Shown here: piece by piece, positions 9,534 to 17,893 of the stretch
How positions within the stretch are numbered: the first letter of the stretch is position 1
How the letters are laid out: each line of letters opens with the position of its first letter
Assembly: GCA_023431185.1 (NCBI GenBank)
Contig: JAEYXS010000121.1
Location: 6,261-70,260, forward strand
Direction: 5' to 3'
Origin: Verrucomicrobiota bacterium
GTDB lineage: Bacteria > Verrucomicrobiota > Verrucomicrobiia > Limisphaerales > JAEYXS01
DNA length: 64,000 nucleotides
The notes under the pieces: generated by a model
What the model was told of the DNA's origin: nothing
Databases searched by the model: none
What the model saw: only the letters and a program-made list of their open reading frames with translations
Position numbers and translations under genes: made by a program

Positions 9534-10232
9534 ATGTCCGCTCTGCTGCTTAAATCGCTGAGTCTCGCCGCTGCGCTGGTGGCGGGCAGCCTGACGATTT
9601 CAGCCGCTACTGATGTTTCCCCGCACCCGAAAACAGAGACCGAATGGAAGGCTTACTTTAAACAATTGGAAGCGGCCAAAGATGCCCGGTCGGCCTTTCT
9701 CCTAGGCACTTACTATGCCGCCGGTCATCCCATCCTGAGCAAGGGAAAACCCAACCACGCCACCGCTTTCAGAAAATATCAAGAGGCCGCTGAACTCGGC
9801 CACCCAGAAGCGCAATACCGGCTCGGCTATTGCTACGAACACAAGCTGGGCGTTCGCCGGGCCAGCATGGACATGGCCTTCAAGTGGTATCAGATGGCGG
9901 CGGATCAGGAAGTGCCGGAGGCACAATTACGTGTGGGCGAACTGTATTATCAGGAGCAAGGCGCCTACTACGATAAGGAGAAGGCCTATCTTTATCTTTC
10001 CAAAGCCGCTGAGCGCGGAATCCCCGACGCCCAACGCATGCTCGGTGACTGCCACAAACTTGGATGGGGCACTCCGAGAAATGACATCATGGCGCTCAAG
10101 TGGTACCTTATCGCTGCCCGGCAGGAGAACGAGATCGCCATCGGCAACCGGGACAAGCTCCTCCCTTCCTTGAAAAAAGATGAGATATTGGCCGCAGAAA
10201 AAGCCGCCAAGGAATTCCGCGCAAAACCCTGA
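9534..10232 (+). CDS. Sel1-like (SLR/TPR-family) repeat protein, secreted
   Basis: Signal-like N-terminus. Repeated ~36-aa units (A..GH..AQY.LGYCYE.G.GV..) such as AELGHPEAQYRLGYCYEHKLG and ERGIPDAQRMLGDCHKLGWG. Confidence 0.8.
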   Translation: MSALLLKSLSLAAALVAGSLTISAATDVSPHPKTETEWKAYFKQLEAAKDARSAFLLGTYYAAGHPILSKGKPNHATAFRKYQEAAELGHPEAQYRLGYCYEHKLGVRRASMDMAFKWYQMAADQEVPEAQLRVGELYYQEQGAYYDKEKAYLYLSKAAERGIPDAQRMLGDCHKLGWGTPRNDIMALKWYLIAARQENEIAIGNRDKLLPSLKKDEILAAEKAAKEFRAKP

Positions 10233-10277
10233 TTCGCCCATAGCCTCCTCCACCTCCTTTCTTTCGCTCCCGCCTGC

Positions 10278-13200
10278 TCAATTCATCGGCATCGGCACCA
10301 GTACTACCCGGAAACCGATATCTTGCGCCTTCGTATCCACCGCCAGATTCAATTGCATCGCTGGCGCATAGTCGCTGCCATGATACTGCATCCAGGAACC
10401 GCCCAGCACCGTCCGCTGGTTCCCTTCTCCATCCTGGCACCATTCCCACACATTGCCGATCAGATCATAGACCCCGTTGCGTGATGAGAAGTAGCTTGCA
10501 GTGGGAGCGGTGAAGGAGTGCCGATCATAAGAAACATTGTCCGCCAGATTCGCGGTGCCACTGGGCATCGGCCAGACCTTGCCCCAAAGATAAGGACCGG
10601 CAGCATAACCCTCTTTCTGTATCTGCAGCCACTCTGCCTGGGTGGGCAGACGATAAATCGCCTGCTCCAAAACCTTGCCTTTGACCTCCGCTTCCGTCAG
10701 CCACTGGCAAAACGCCGTCGCATCATTCCAGCTCACGGCCACGACGGGTTCCGAAGCAGTTTGTTTAAAGCCAGGATTGTTCCAGCCCGGGCCGGCATTG
10801 TGCCGTGTCGCCTTGTAAAAAGCTTCGAAATCCTTTTTCCTCGTCTCCCACACGCAGACCCATACATTGCCCACTGGCACAAACCGCATCCCCAGACTGT
10901 TCACCCATTCCGTCATGCCCGGTTGCGGCCCGGGATAGCGCTCCAGTTTGCTTTTCACCTCGGTAGTCTTCTGTGGCTGCACCGTGGCCACGACATCCAC
11001 AAACCGATGCCCCGGCAAACGGAGCTGGAACTTCGCCGCTCCCAAAGGCAGTTCATCCGAGACCCAAGGCGTCATTCCCACCTCTTCGCTTCCGCGCATC
11101 ACCACCGCTTTCTCCGGCACAGACTCAATGCGCACCCTGCCAAAAGGCAACGCCACGATCACTTCGTTCGTTTGCCGGCTCTGGATGCTCACCCGGTTCG
11201 TCACACTCCATTGCCTGTAGCTTGATACGAGCTGGTAATCCCCCGTCGGGATATCTCCCAGCGGATCGCCGGAAGCGACAGCCCGATTAAAGCTTGCTCC
11301 TCGCAATTCCGCCCGCGCTTCCACCGGTGTGATCTTCACCAGCAACGTACCTTTGCTGCGTTGCAGATTGACACTTATCGGGCGGTTCTCGCCTTTCTTC
11401 AACTCGAACTCCTGCTTCACCGCGTCATAGCCCTCAAGCATCGCCTCCAGTTTATAACTGCCCGTCGGCAACGCCTTCACCGGCAGGGGCAGCGTGCCCT
11501 CCTCATAGTAGCCATCCGGTCCCGTCAACTTGAACGCCGCCCCGGCCAGGTTCACCTGGATGCGAAACGGCACGCGACTGCGTATCAGGGATACTTCTGC
11601 CGCCTGGGTGCCCTGATTGTCCACGCGCACGGTGAGATTGGTCGCCTCAAACCCTTCTTTCGTGAACGCCACCTGATATGTTCCTGTGGGCAACTGCGGT
11701 TCATCCTTCGGGGTCTTGCCGCTCCGCATCACCTGGTCCGGCCCGCTCAGGCTGTATCCGGCTCCTTCCGGGATGGTGACTATCCGCAGCGCCCCTTTGC
11801 TGCGTACCAGCATCACTTCTTCTCGCAACGTCTGGTTCTTCAACACCTCCACATCGACGATCTTCGAATCATACCCCTCCGCTTTCACCAGCACCTTGTG
11901 CCTGCCCGTCGGTATGCCGCTGAGCAGCTCGGCTGATTTCGCCCGCTTGGACGCCCCGTTCACGAACACCTCATACGTCGCACTGGCGGGCATGACCACC
12001 AATTGCAACTCACCCGCCGTGCGCTCCAGCACGTATTCGCCAAAGTCATTCAGCCCTCCCGCCTTGATCTCCACCGGCACCTCGCGCGTCTCATAACCAT
12101 CCCGCTCGATGCGCAAGGTGTGGTTCCCCACCGTGAAGCTGGGCGGCCGGTTCGTCAGCGGGATGCCATCCATCGCCAGCATCGCGTCCGCCGGGTTGGT
12201 CCTGATCCGGAATGGCCGGCTCATGCGCGGCAGCACCGCATGCAGTTTCAGCGTTTCCCCGGAAAGCACATTGGTCTCGATGCTCACCGGGTCGTACCCC
12301 TCCATCTGCAAGAGCAGGTTGAACGCCCCCGGTTTGACCTCATTCATGGTGTAAGGCGTCCGCTCCATCGGCACGCCGCGCAAGATGACAGTCGCTCCCG
12401 GCGGCTCGCTAGAGACCATCACCGCCGCCGGCGCAAAGTCGAACTGCACCGGACTGACCTTGCCCCGGCTGACCTCCACGATCTGTTCCTGCTTCGGCCA
12501 GTCCCGCAAGATCGCCGTGATCTCATGCCGCCCCGGCGAGACATTGGTCTCCATTTTCAAGCTGGCTCCCAACTGCCCCAACGGTCGTCCATCGATATAC
12601 AGATTCACCCCGGGCAAAGAACTGCTCAAGAGCAGCGTGCCTTGCTCCTTTGTGAGCTGGCGGGTTAACCGGAGTGTCTGCTTGCCCCGCACCTCACCCC
12701 GCACCGTTTCCTGGTTGAAATCATCCTTCACCAGGGTGAACAGCACACCGCCCGGCGGCTCGTTCGTCAACACCAGCGGCGTCTCCCCCCGTTCTTTGCC
12801 GTTCTGCAAAACTTTTGCCCCGGCGGGATCGCTGGTGATCTCCACCCTGCCTGGATAAAACTCAAACGACTCCTTCAGTTCCGCATCCTTGGTCACCGTC
12901 ACTTGGCGTGTCACCGTTGGCCATTGCGCGTACTCGGCCGTGATTTCATGCACACCGGGAGGCAGTTTCGCCACCAGCTTGCCCTCTGCATCTGGCTGCA
13001 CCCCTGCTCCTCCGATGCGGAAACGCGCTCCGGCAGGATCACTCACCAGCACCACGCTCCCCAGATGCGCCAGCAATTCCACTTTCGGCAGGGCGGTGAA
13101 TTTCCCTTCGTTCACCTCCAGACTGAATTTCCGGGGCTCATGATCGGCCTTCTCCACCACCACATCATACACCCCCGGTGCCAGATCCATGATCTTGCCG

Positions 13201-14528
13201 GCACCATCCAGGCTCTTGCCATTCGCCAGCTTCACCGTTGCCCCCGGCGGTAACGCGGTCACTTCAATCCCGCCCATGCCCGCTTTCAAACGCCGATGAT
13301 CCGTGCTTGCCCAATACCCCAGTCCCGCCACGAAGATCAGCAACAGGGTCAGCAGCACCGCCACCGTCCTCCGTGCGACTCGTTGCGGCTTCGTCGTCTG
13401 CGGCACTTTCTCGGCCGGCCCCACTGGCTTGAATCCCTTGCTGTCGATGACGAACTCCATCGGCGGCTGCGCCAGCCGGGTCGTCGTCTTGGACTCCGGC
13501 CCATCAATCTGCATCAATGGCGCCAGTTCCGTCGGTGGCAGATCTGAATGTTCCTTTGGCGCTGCATCCGCCACCACTTCCCCGGCCCGGGTCGTCGTCA
13601 GCCCCGCCGCTTCCAGTCCCGCCGTGTCCGCCAGCCCCAGACGTTGCAACACTTCCAACGCACTCTGCGGACGTTTCGTCGGATCTTTCGCCAGACACGC
13701 CGCTACCGTCTCCTCCCACTCCGGCGGGATCGGCTTGCCCATGATGCCTAGTTGCTTCCTCCGCTCCGCCATCGTCGGCGGGATCTTCTCCCGCACCTGC
13801 GTCATGATCTCACCCGTGAAGAACGGCGGCTTGCTCGTCAGCAATTCAAACAGCGTCGCACCTAGCGAATAGATATCATCCAGCGCCGAAGCCGCCTCAC
13901 CCAAGGCCTGCTGCGGGCTCATGTAAACCAACGTCCCGCTCGCCCCATGCACTGCGGATGACACCCGCGTCATGTTATCACTGATGCTCCGCGAGATGCC
14001 GAAATCCGCGATCTTCAACACCCCCTTGTTGTTCAACATCAGGTTCGCCGGCTTCAGATCCCGATGCGCCACCCGCGCCTCCTTGTGCGCGTAATCCAGC
14101 GCCAATCCGAGCTGCTTCACCCACACCGCCAGATCGGACACCTCGAACACATGCGTCGGCTGGCACACCCGCAGATTGGAAAGCGTATCCCCCGCCACAT
14201 ACTCCATCGATATCCCCGCGCAATGCTCATCCTGCGCGAAGTCATAGATGCGCACGATGTTCGGGTGTGTCAGCTCCAGGCTCCGGCGCGTCTCCCGCTT
14301 CAGACTCTCCACCGCCGCCTTGTCGTGATACACGATATCCGGCAGGAACTTGAACGCGATATCCCGGTCCAGCTCATCATCATGCACCAGCCACACCACC
14401 CCCATGCCGCCACGACCCAGCACCCGCTTCAGCGTGTATCGCTTCAATACCTTCTGCCCGGCTACCAAACCTCGAATCGAGGAATCGGAACCGTAATCGT
14501 CAAAAGGTTGAAAGCCTTCCGTCGGCAT
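10278..14528 (-). CDS. Ser/Thr protein kinase - TM - PEGA-domain array - C-terminal FGE/SUMF1-like domain
   Basis: Kinase motifs GRGGMGVVW, HRDLKPANL, IADFGIS and YMSPQQ. TM segment VAVLLTLLLIFVAGLGYW. About a dozen ~70-aa PEGA-like repeats (e.g. PPGATV.. G.TP..). C-terminus has VSWNDATAFCQWL and GNVWEWCQD, typical of the FGE-sulfatase fold. Confidence 0.85.
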   Translation of the reverse strand: MPTEGFQPFDDYGSDSSIRGLVAGQKVLKRYTLKRVLGRGGMGVVWLVHDDELDRDIAFKFLPDIVYHDKAAVESLKRETRRSLELTHPNIVRIYDFAQDEHCAGISMEYVAGDTLSNLRVCQPTHVFEVSDLAVWVKQLGLALDYAHKEARVAHRDLKPANLMLNNKGVLKIADFGISRSISDNMTRVSSAVHGASGTLVYMSPQQALGEAASALDDIYSLGATLFELLTSKPPFFTGEIMTQVREKIPPTMAERRKQLGIMGKPIPPEWEETVAACLAKDPTKRPQSALEVLQRLGLADTAGLEAAGLTTTRAGEVVADAAPKEHSDLPPTELAPLMQIDGPESKTTTRLAQPPMEFVIDSKGFKPVGPAEKVPQTTKPQRVARRTVAVLLTLLLIFVAGLGYWASTDHRRLKAGMGGIEVTALPPGATVKLANGKSLDGAGKIMDLAPGVYDVVVEKADHEPRKFSLEVNEGKFTALPKVELLAHLGSVVLVSDPAGARFRIGGAGVQPDAEGKLVAKLPPGVHEITAEYAQWPTVTRQVTVTKDAELKESFEFYPGRVEITSDPAGAKVLQNGKERGETPLVLTNEPPGGVLFTLVKDDFNQETVRGEVRGKQTLRLTRQLTKEQGTLLLSSSLPGVNLYIDGRPLGQLGASLKMETNVSPGRHEITAILRDWPKQEQIVEVSRGKVSPVQFDFAPAAVMVSSEPPGATVILRGVPMERTPYTMNEVKPGAFNLLLQMEGYDPVSIETNVLSGETLKLHAVLPRMSRPFRIRTNPADAMLAMDGIPLTNRPPSFTVGNHTLRIERDGYETREVPVEIKAGGLNDFGEYVLERTAGELQLVVMPASATYEVFVNGASKRAKSAELLSGIPTGRHKVLVKAEGYDSKIVDVEVLKNQTLREEVMLVRSKGALRIVTIPEGAGYSLSGPDQVMRSGKTPKDEPQLPTGTYQVAFTKEGFEATNLTVRVDNQGTQAAEVSLIRSRVPFRIQVNLAGAAFKLTGPDGYYEEGTLPLPVKALPTGSYKLEAMLEGYDAVKQEFELKKGENRPISVNLQRSKGTLLVKITPVEARAELRGASFNRAVASGDPLGDIPTGDYQLVSSYRQWSVTNRVSIQSRQTNEVIVALPFGRVRIESVPEKAVVMRGSEEVGMTPWVSDELPLGAAKFQLRLPGHRFVDVVATVQPQKTTEVKSKLERYPGPQPGMTEWVNSLGMRFVPVGNVWVCVWETRKKDFEAFYKATRHNAGPGWNNPGFKQTASEPVVAVSWNDATAFCQWLTEAEVKGKVLEQAIYRLPTQAEWLQIQKEGYAAGPYLWGKVWPMPSGTANLADNVSYDRHSFTAPTASYFSSRNGVYDLIGNVWEWCQDGEGNQRTVLGGSWMQYHGSDYAPAMQLNLAVDTKAQDIGFRVVLVPMPMN

Positions 14529-14953
14529 AATTAATAACCAGCAAAGTCCCTGCCATTATGGCCTTTAACGGCCAAAATGCCAAAATTTAGGGCACAAAAC
14601 TCTGAACCCCGCCTTTGTCGCACAGCTAGAGCCGAAAGGCAACGTCTTGCCACGTCCATTCTTACGACATTTCCTGTCCCCTTTGCAGCTCCCCCGACAC
14701 GACTTTCCTGCACTCCTTTCTTAATTGGATGGTATCACCATCCTCCTTATTCGTTAGCAGCGTCGCCCATGAGCAACTCAAAAGCCACTCGCCACTGTCA
14801 AAAGACTACCATCTCACCCCACAAGCTCAATCATTTTTTCTGAACAATCTTTTAAAGCTTCCTAATCACTTCTCCGCCAAGAAATTACACCCAAAGATTA
14901 TTTTCCTGATAAAGTAGGTAATCACTCCTCGAATCCGATGTGGCTCATTTCCT

Positions 14954-14994
14954 CTGAACGTTGAGCGTTGAAAGTCGGACGTTGAACGTTTCCC
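14954..14994 (+). repeat. heptamer-array module (T1)
   Basis: GAACGTT GAGCGTT GAAAGTC GGACGTT GAACGTT followed by TCCC. Confidence 0.85.
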
Positions 14995-15020
14995 TTCTGC
15001 CCCGCTTTCCGCCCCTTTCC

Positions 15021-15054
15021 ACCTCGGCACTTGTTAAGAAGTGCCGAGGTTTTC
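15021..15054 (+). terminator. terminator-like hairpin K1, with no + strand gene upstream
   Basis: ACCTCGGCACTT-gttaag-AAGTGCCGAGGT gives a perfect 12-bp stem, followed by TTTCTACCG. The same stem and tail recur at 57131-57164. Confidence 0.7.
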
Positions 15055-15080
15055 TACCGCTCAGCCCCTTCCATCCAACC

Positions 15081-15104
15081 GTAGCAGCTGACGTAAGGAG
15101 ACTC
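15081..15104 (+). repeat. GTAG-initiated 24-mer module, copy 1
   Basis: GTAGCAGCTGACGTAAGGAGACTC, against GTAGCAGCCGACGTAAGGAGGCTC at 19450-19473 (22 of 24 identical). Confidence 0.85.
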
Positions 15105-15120
15105 CGCCCACTTGCCCTCT

Positions 15121-15160
15121 CGATGTTCGGAGTTCGATGTTGGATGTTCGATGTTCCCCC
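15121..15160 (+). repeat. heptamer-array module (T2)
   Basis: CGATGTT CGGAGTT CGATGTT GGATGTT CGATGTT followed by CCCCC. Confidence 0.9.
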
Positions 15161-15164
15161 AATC

Positions 15165-15212
15165 ATTGGCCCGCCGGCCTGTCCCGTGCTAATTAGTCGG
15201 GGTGCCACCGGC
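15165..15212 (+). repeat. conserved hairpin motif H1, interrupted copy
   Basis: ATTGGCCCGCCGG[CCTGTCCCGTGCTAATTAGTCGGGG]TGCCACCGGC. Relative to the canonical 23-mer it carries a 25-nt insert and one substitution. Confidence 0.75.
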
Positions 15213-15279
15213 TTCTCTCCCTTTGCCCCCGCCAATCGTTACTGACCATTGAAAGCTATTCCTCGCGCGCCTCTCCCGT

Positions 15280-15303
15280 GCCCCGACACCATTGTGTCGG
15301 GGC
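15280..15303. repeat. GC-rich hairpin
   Basis: GCCCCGACA-ccattg-TGTCGGGGC gives a 9-bp stem. Confidence 0.7.
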
Positions 15304-15364
15304 AGGCAGTCCGCGACGTCCGCCGTAGCCTGCCAAGTCCAGCTCACCCGGTTGCGTAAACCTC

Positions 15365-15468
15365 CACGCTTCCCACTTGGCTTCTATCACACTGCAAGTT
15401 ATTTTTCACCCAAGAGCGAAACCCAAATCCCGCGACAAGCCATATTAGCCAAATCCAAAAGCACTGAT
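15365..15468 (+). promoter_or_regulatory. duplicated ~100-nt leader, copy L1
   Basis: The 20-mer CACGCTTCCCACTTGGCTTC (15365-15384) is identical to 16415-16434. A second conserved block is TTTCAC.CCAAGAG.GAA.CCCA..TCCCG. The element ends at the ATG of the downstream gene. Confidence 0.7.
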
Positions 15469-16164
15469 ATGTTCTCCTCATTAGATCGCGCAGACCTCGA
15501 ATTGAAGCCCGGGCCGGACAACCGGCAGCAGTTCGTGCAGACAGACCACCGGACTGCGGCGGAAATCGAGGAAACGCCCGAACTCTCGGTCCTCTTCGCA
15601 CTTGTCCGCGTCTTGAACCCGAAACGATTGGCCGAGCCCGGTTCGCCTGAACCAGTCATCTTCTACGCGACTCAGGAACTACCACCTGAATTCCTCCGGC
15701 GGGCGATTCACGCCGCCGGAGGCAGGCTGGTCATCGGCAACAAAAAAGAACCAGTTCCCACAGACGCAGGGCCATCCGATCTGCAAGAGCTGATTTCGTC
15801 CGCTTTCGCCAATATGGCTCGTACCGTCACAGACGAATATCAAGTGCCGCTGACCGTGGATGGCCTACAGAAAGTCGAACTCGCTTTGGCAAATGAAGCC
15901 GGTGATCCCGAGGAAGATGAGATCACCTATTGGTCAGCCGTTGTGAAACTCGGCAGCTTCGGCGGTGAAGTGATCCGCGCACTGAACGGCGGCCAATGGA
16001 GAAACACAAACTCGGGCACCTTGCCATTCGTCCTCTGCACGCCCTACCGTGGCGAGGAGGCTAAAATCAACCCCCTCGGCAAAGCCATCAAACGTTTCGC
16101 CAATGGCGAAGAAGACACCTTGGTATACCTCGCCAACCTGATCCTTCATCAGCCGAAAATATAA
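15469..16164 (+). CDS. hypothetical protein
   Basis: Start taken at the first ATG (MFSSLDRADLE); the ORF-track upstream extension runs through repeat sequence. No family recognised. Confidence 0.5.
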   Translation: MFSSLDRADLELKPGPDNRQQFVQTDHRTAAEIEETPELSVLFALVRVLNPKRLAEPGSPEPVIFYATQELPPEFLRRAIHAAGGRLVIGNKKEPVPTDAGPSDLQELISSAFANMARTVTDEYQVPLTVDGLQKVELALANEAGDPEEDEITYWSAVVKLGSFGGEVIRALNGGQWRNTNSGTLPFVLCTPYRGEEAKINPLGKAIKRFANGEEDTLVYLANLILHQPKI

Positions 16165-16204
16165 ACATCCAACTTCCAGTGCCAGCGGCACGCCCCGATG
16201 GTAG

Positions 16205-16389
16205 CCGTGGATGAAATCCACGGAACAAGCCTCCCCTCGGTCACAAGTCGCGTAGCGACGTCCCGATTCCAAACCACACTCACCATCACATCATCCCGGA
16301 GGGATGAAAGAAAGCAGCCGGTGGTCGAGCGAGGCACGAGCGATACCACCGGAAAAGATTCTCATTAAAAGCGCATCCTGAAGGGATGC
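16205..16389 (+). repeat. cluster of five hairpins in one intergenic gap
   Basis: CCGTGGAT-gaa-ATCCACGG (16205-16223). GTCGC-gta-GCGAC (16247-16259). TCATCCC-gga-GGGATGA (16291-16307). CCGGTGGT..19 nt..ACCACCGG (16318-16352). GCATCC-tgaag-GGATGC (16373-16389). Confidence 0.8.
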
Positions 16390-16414
16390 CAGAAATCGCC
16401 CCCTCGACAACTCT

Positions 16415-16514
16415 CACGCTTCCCACTTGGCTTCCCTTCGCCACAAGCATATCTTTCACACCAAGAGTGAACCCATCCCGACAGATAGCGATTCCACTGC
16501 CAACCGCGAATATC
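16415..16514 (+). promoter_or_regulatory. duplicated ~100-nt leader, copy L2
   Basis: Same 20-mer and second block as L1. Ends at the ATG of the lipoprotein gene (16515). Confidence 0.7.
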
Positions 16515-16898
16515 ATGCGGGTGATCCCTTTCATCTCCGCCCTGCTATCTATGCTCTTCTTGACCGGTTGCGTTTACGCATTGCGCCCCGGCAACACCCC
16601 CTCCCAGCAGAAGCTCTGCCTCAAAGCCTCATCGCCAACGGACTACATCGTCCGCGTGGCCGACACCAATGACTTCCCCGTCGCAACAGATGGGAACGTC
16701 ACGATTAACATTCCGACCTTGCCACGCGGTTGCGACACCTATCTCTTCGGCTTCATCAAACTCAACGACGGCAGCCCCGAGCGCATTAAAGCCATTCACG
16801 TCTTGAAAGATGAGAAAATCATTCGCAGACTGTCACTTGAAAAACTGGCGCAGTTGCCTGTGGATGCCGAAGGCTATCACGTTCTGGACCTCAAATGA
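16515..16898 (+). CDS. hypothetical lipoprotein
   Basis: MRVIPFISALLSMLFLTGC has a lipobox-like LTGC. The upstream ORF-track extension lies in the duplicated leader sequence. Confidence 0.55.
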   Translation: MRVIPFISALLSMLFLTGCVYALRPGNTPSQQKLCLKASSPTDYIVRVADTNDFPVATDGNVTINIPTLPRGCDTYLFGFIKLNDGSPERIKAIHVLKDEKIIRRLSLEKLAQLPVDAEGYHVLDLK

Positions 16899-17185
16899 TT
16901 CTTAGCAAATCCATGCCCTATCTCGTCACCAAAGCCCTGCTAGACCTCCACGACAAATACGATGGCGATCTGGATCAAGATGAACGCTACATCTCCAAAA
17001 AAGATCGTGAAGCTTTCAGCAGCGAGCAGATTCACACTCTATATCAGTATATTGATAGGCTAAGCTTCGCCAAAGTAGACTGCCTCTCACCAGAACTTAG
17101 ACTCCAGGTGGAGAACAGGATCAAAGAATTGGAGCAACACATAGATCCTGAAGTGCTTGCAATTTTGCGAGCGAGGAATCACTAA
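16895..17185 (+). CDS. hypothetical small protein
   Basis: 96-aa ORF whose ATG overlaps the upstream stop (ATGA). Visibly A/T-richer codons. No family recognised. Confidence 0.45.
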   Translation: MILSKSMPYLVTKALLDLHDKYDGDLDQDERYISKKDREAFSSEQIHTLYQYIDRLSFAKVDCLSPELRLQVENRIKELEQHIDPEVLAILRARNH

Positions 17186-17198
17186 ACTTGGCAACCCT

Positions 17199-17441
17199 AT
17201 GCAACATAGTGGATACATCAAAGTAAGCTGGCCTTACGATGACACTTTCGATTTCTCGACAAGGTTTCCGAAAATTCGTCCTCTGCTCTTCGCTCACGGG
17301 ATGACTTATCGCGTCGCCACATCGAGTTCCTTTCTCCTTTTCGCAGGCACCCAGGATTCTGCCGCAGCATTGGCGGAAAAAGTTACCGCGATAGATTCTG
17401 GATTCATTGTTGAATGGGAACCTGAAAACGACCACACCTGA
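17199..17441 (+). CDS. hypothetical small protein
   Basis: ATG (MQHSGYIKV) lies 14 nt after the preceding stop. A/T-richer composition. No family recognised. Confidence 0.35.
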   Translation: MQHSGYIKVSWPYDDTFDFSTRFPKIRPLLFAHGMTYRVATSSSFLLFAGTQDSAAALAEKVTAIDSGFIVEWEPENDHT

Positions 17442-17459
17442 ACGCGCCAGCTTCTTTTT

Positions 17460-17494
17460 CATACTTCACACTTCATACCTCATAATTTCCCCCC
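17460..17494 (+). repeat. heptamer-array module (T3)
   Basis: CATACTT CACACTT CATACCT CATAATT followed by TCCCCCC. Directly abuts the DUF2200 ATG. Confidence 0.8.
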
Positions 17495-17848
17495 ATGCCC
17501 ACCAAACACCGCATCTACACCACCCCCTTCGCCAGTGTCTATCCCTACTACGTCGCCAAGGCCGAAAAGAAAGCGCGCACCAAAGCCGAAGTGGACACCA
17601 TCATCTGCTGGCTCACCGGCTACACTCAGAAAAAGCTGGCAGCCCAACTGAAAAAGCAGACCGACTTCGAGACCTTCTTCGCGCAAGCCCCAAAAATGAA
17701 CCCCTCACGCACCCTCATCAAAGGCGTCGTCTGCGGCATCCGCGTGGAAGAAGTGGAAGACCCCCTCATGCGCGAGATCCGCTACCTCGACAAACTCATC
17801 GACGAACTTGCCAAAGGCAAAGCGATGGAGAAGATTCTAAGAACCTAA
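17495..17848 (+). CDS. DUF2200 family protein
   Basis: N-terminus [37 protein letters not shown] matches my recollection of DUF2200 proteins (~115 aa). Confidence 0.75.
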   Translation: MPTKHRIYTTPFASVYPYYVAKAEKKARTKAEVDTIICWLTGYTQKKLAAQLKKQTDFETFFAQAPKMNPSRTLIKGVVCGIRVEEVEDPLMREIRYLDKLIDELAKGKAMEKILRT

Positions 17849-17893
17849 ACCGCACTGCTTGCTTGTAAGCTTTAATCCGTCAGAAAGCGTCGT

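Noticed and set aside
14690-14725. Minus-strand AGGAAAGTCG, which resembles the RNase P RNA CR-I motif (GAGGAAAGUCCGGGC)
   Set aside because: The other universally conserved RNase P blocks (for example ACAGAACCCGGCUUA-like) were not found nearby.
14945-15245. ORFs 14945-15235 (-) and 14961-15245 (+), and 57095-57307 (+) and 57129-57353 (-)
   Set aside because: They are translations of the repeat mosaic (heptamer arrays, K hairpin, GTAG module). The same DNA modules recur elsewhere in other frames.
15376-15400. Sigma-54-type promoter (TGGC...TGCA) inside the duplicated leader 20-mer
   Set aside because: The GG-to-GC spacing is wrong in copy L1 and differs in copy L2, so the -24/-12 geometry is not conserved.
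15292-15468. N-terminal extensions of ORF-track entries running through repeats (15292-, 16386-, 20868-21353 upstream of 21236, 62163-62336, 46837-46992, 56656-56796)
   Set aside because: The extensions are encoded by repeat modules or duplicated non-coding leaders. Internal ATGs give sensible signal peptides or family-typical N-termini.
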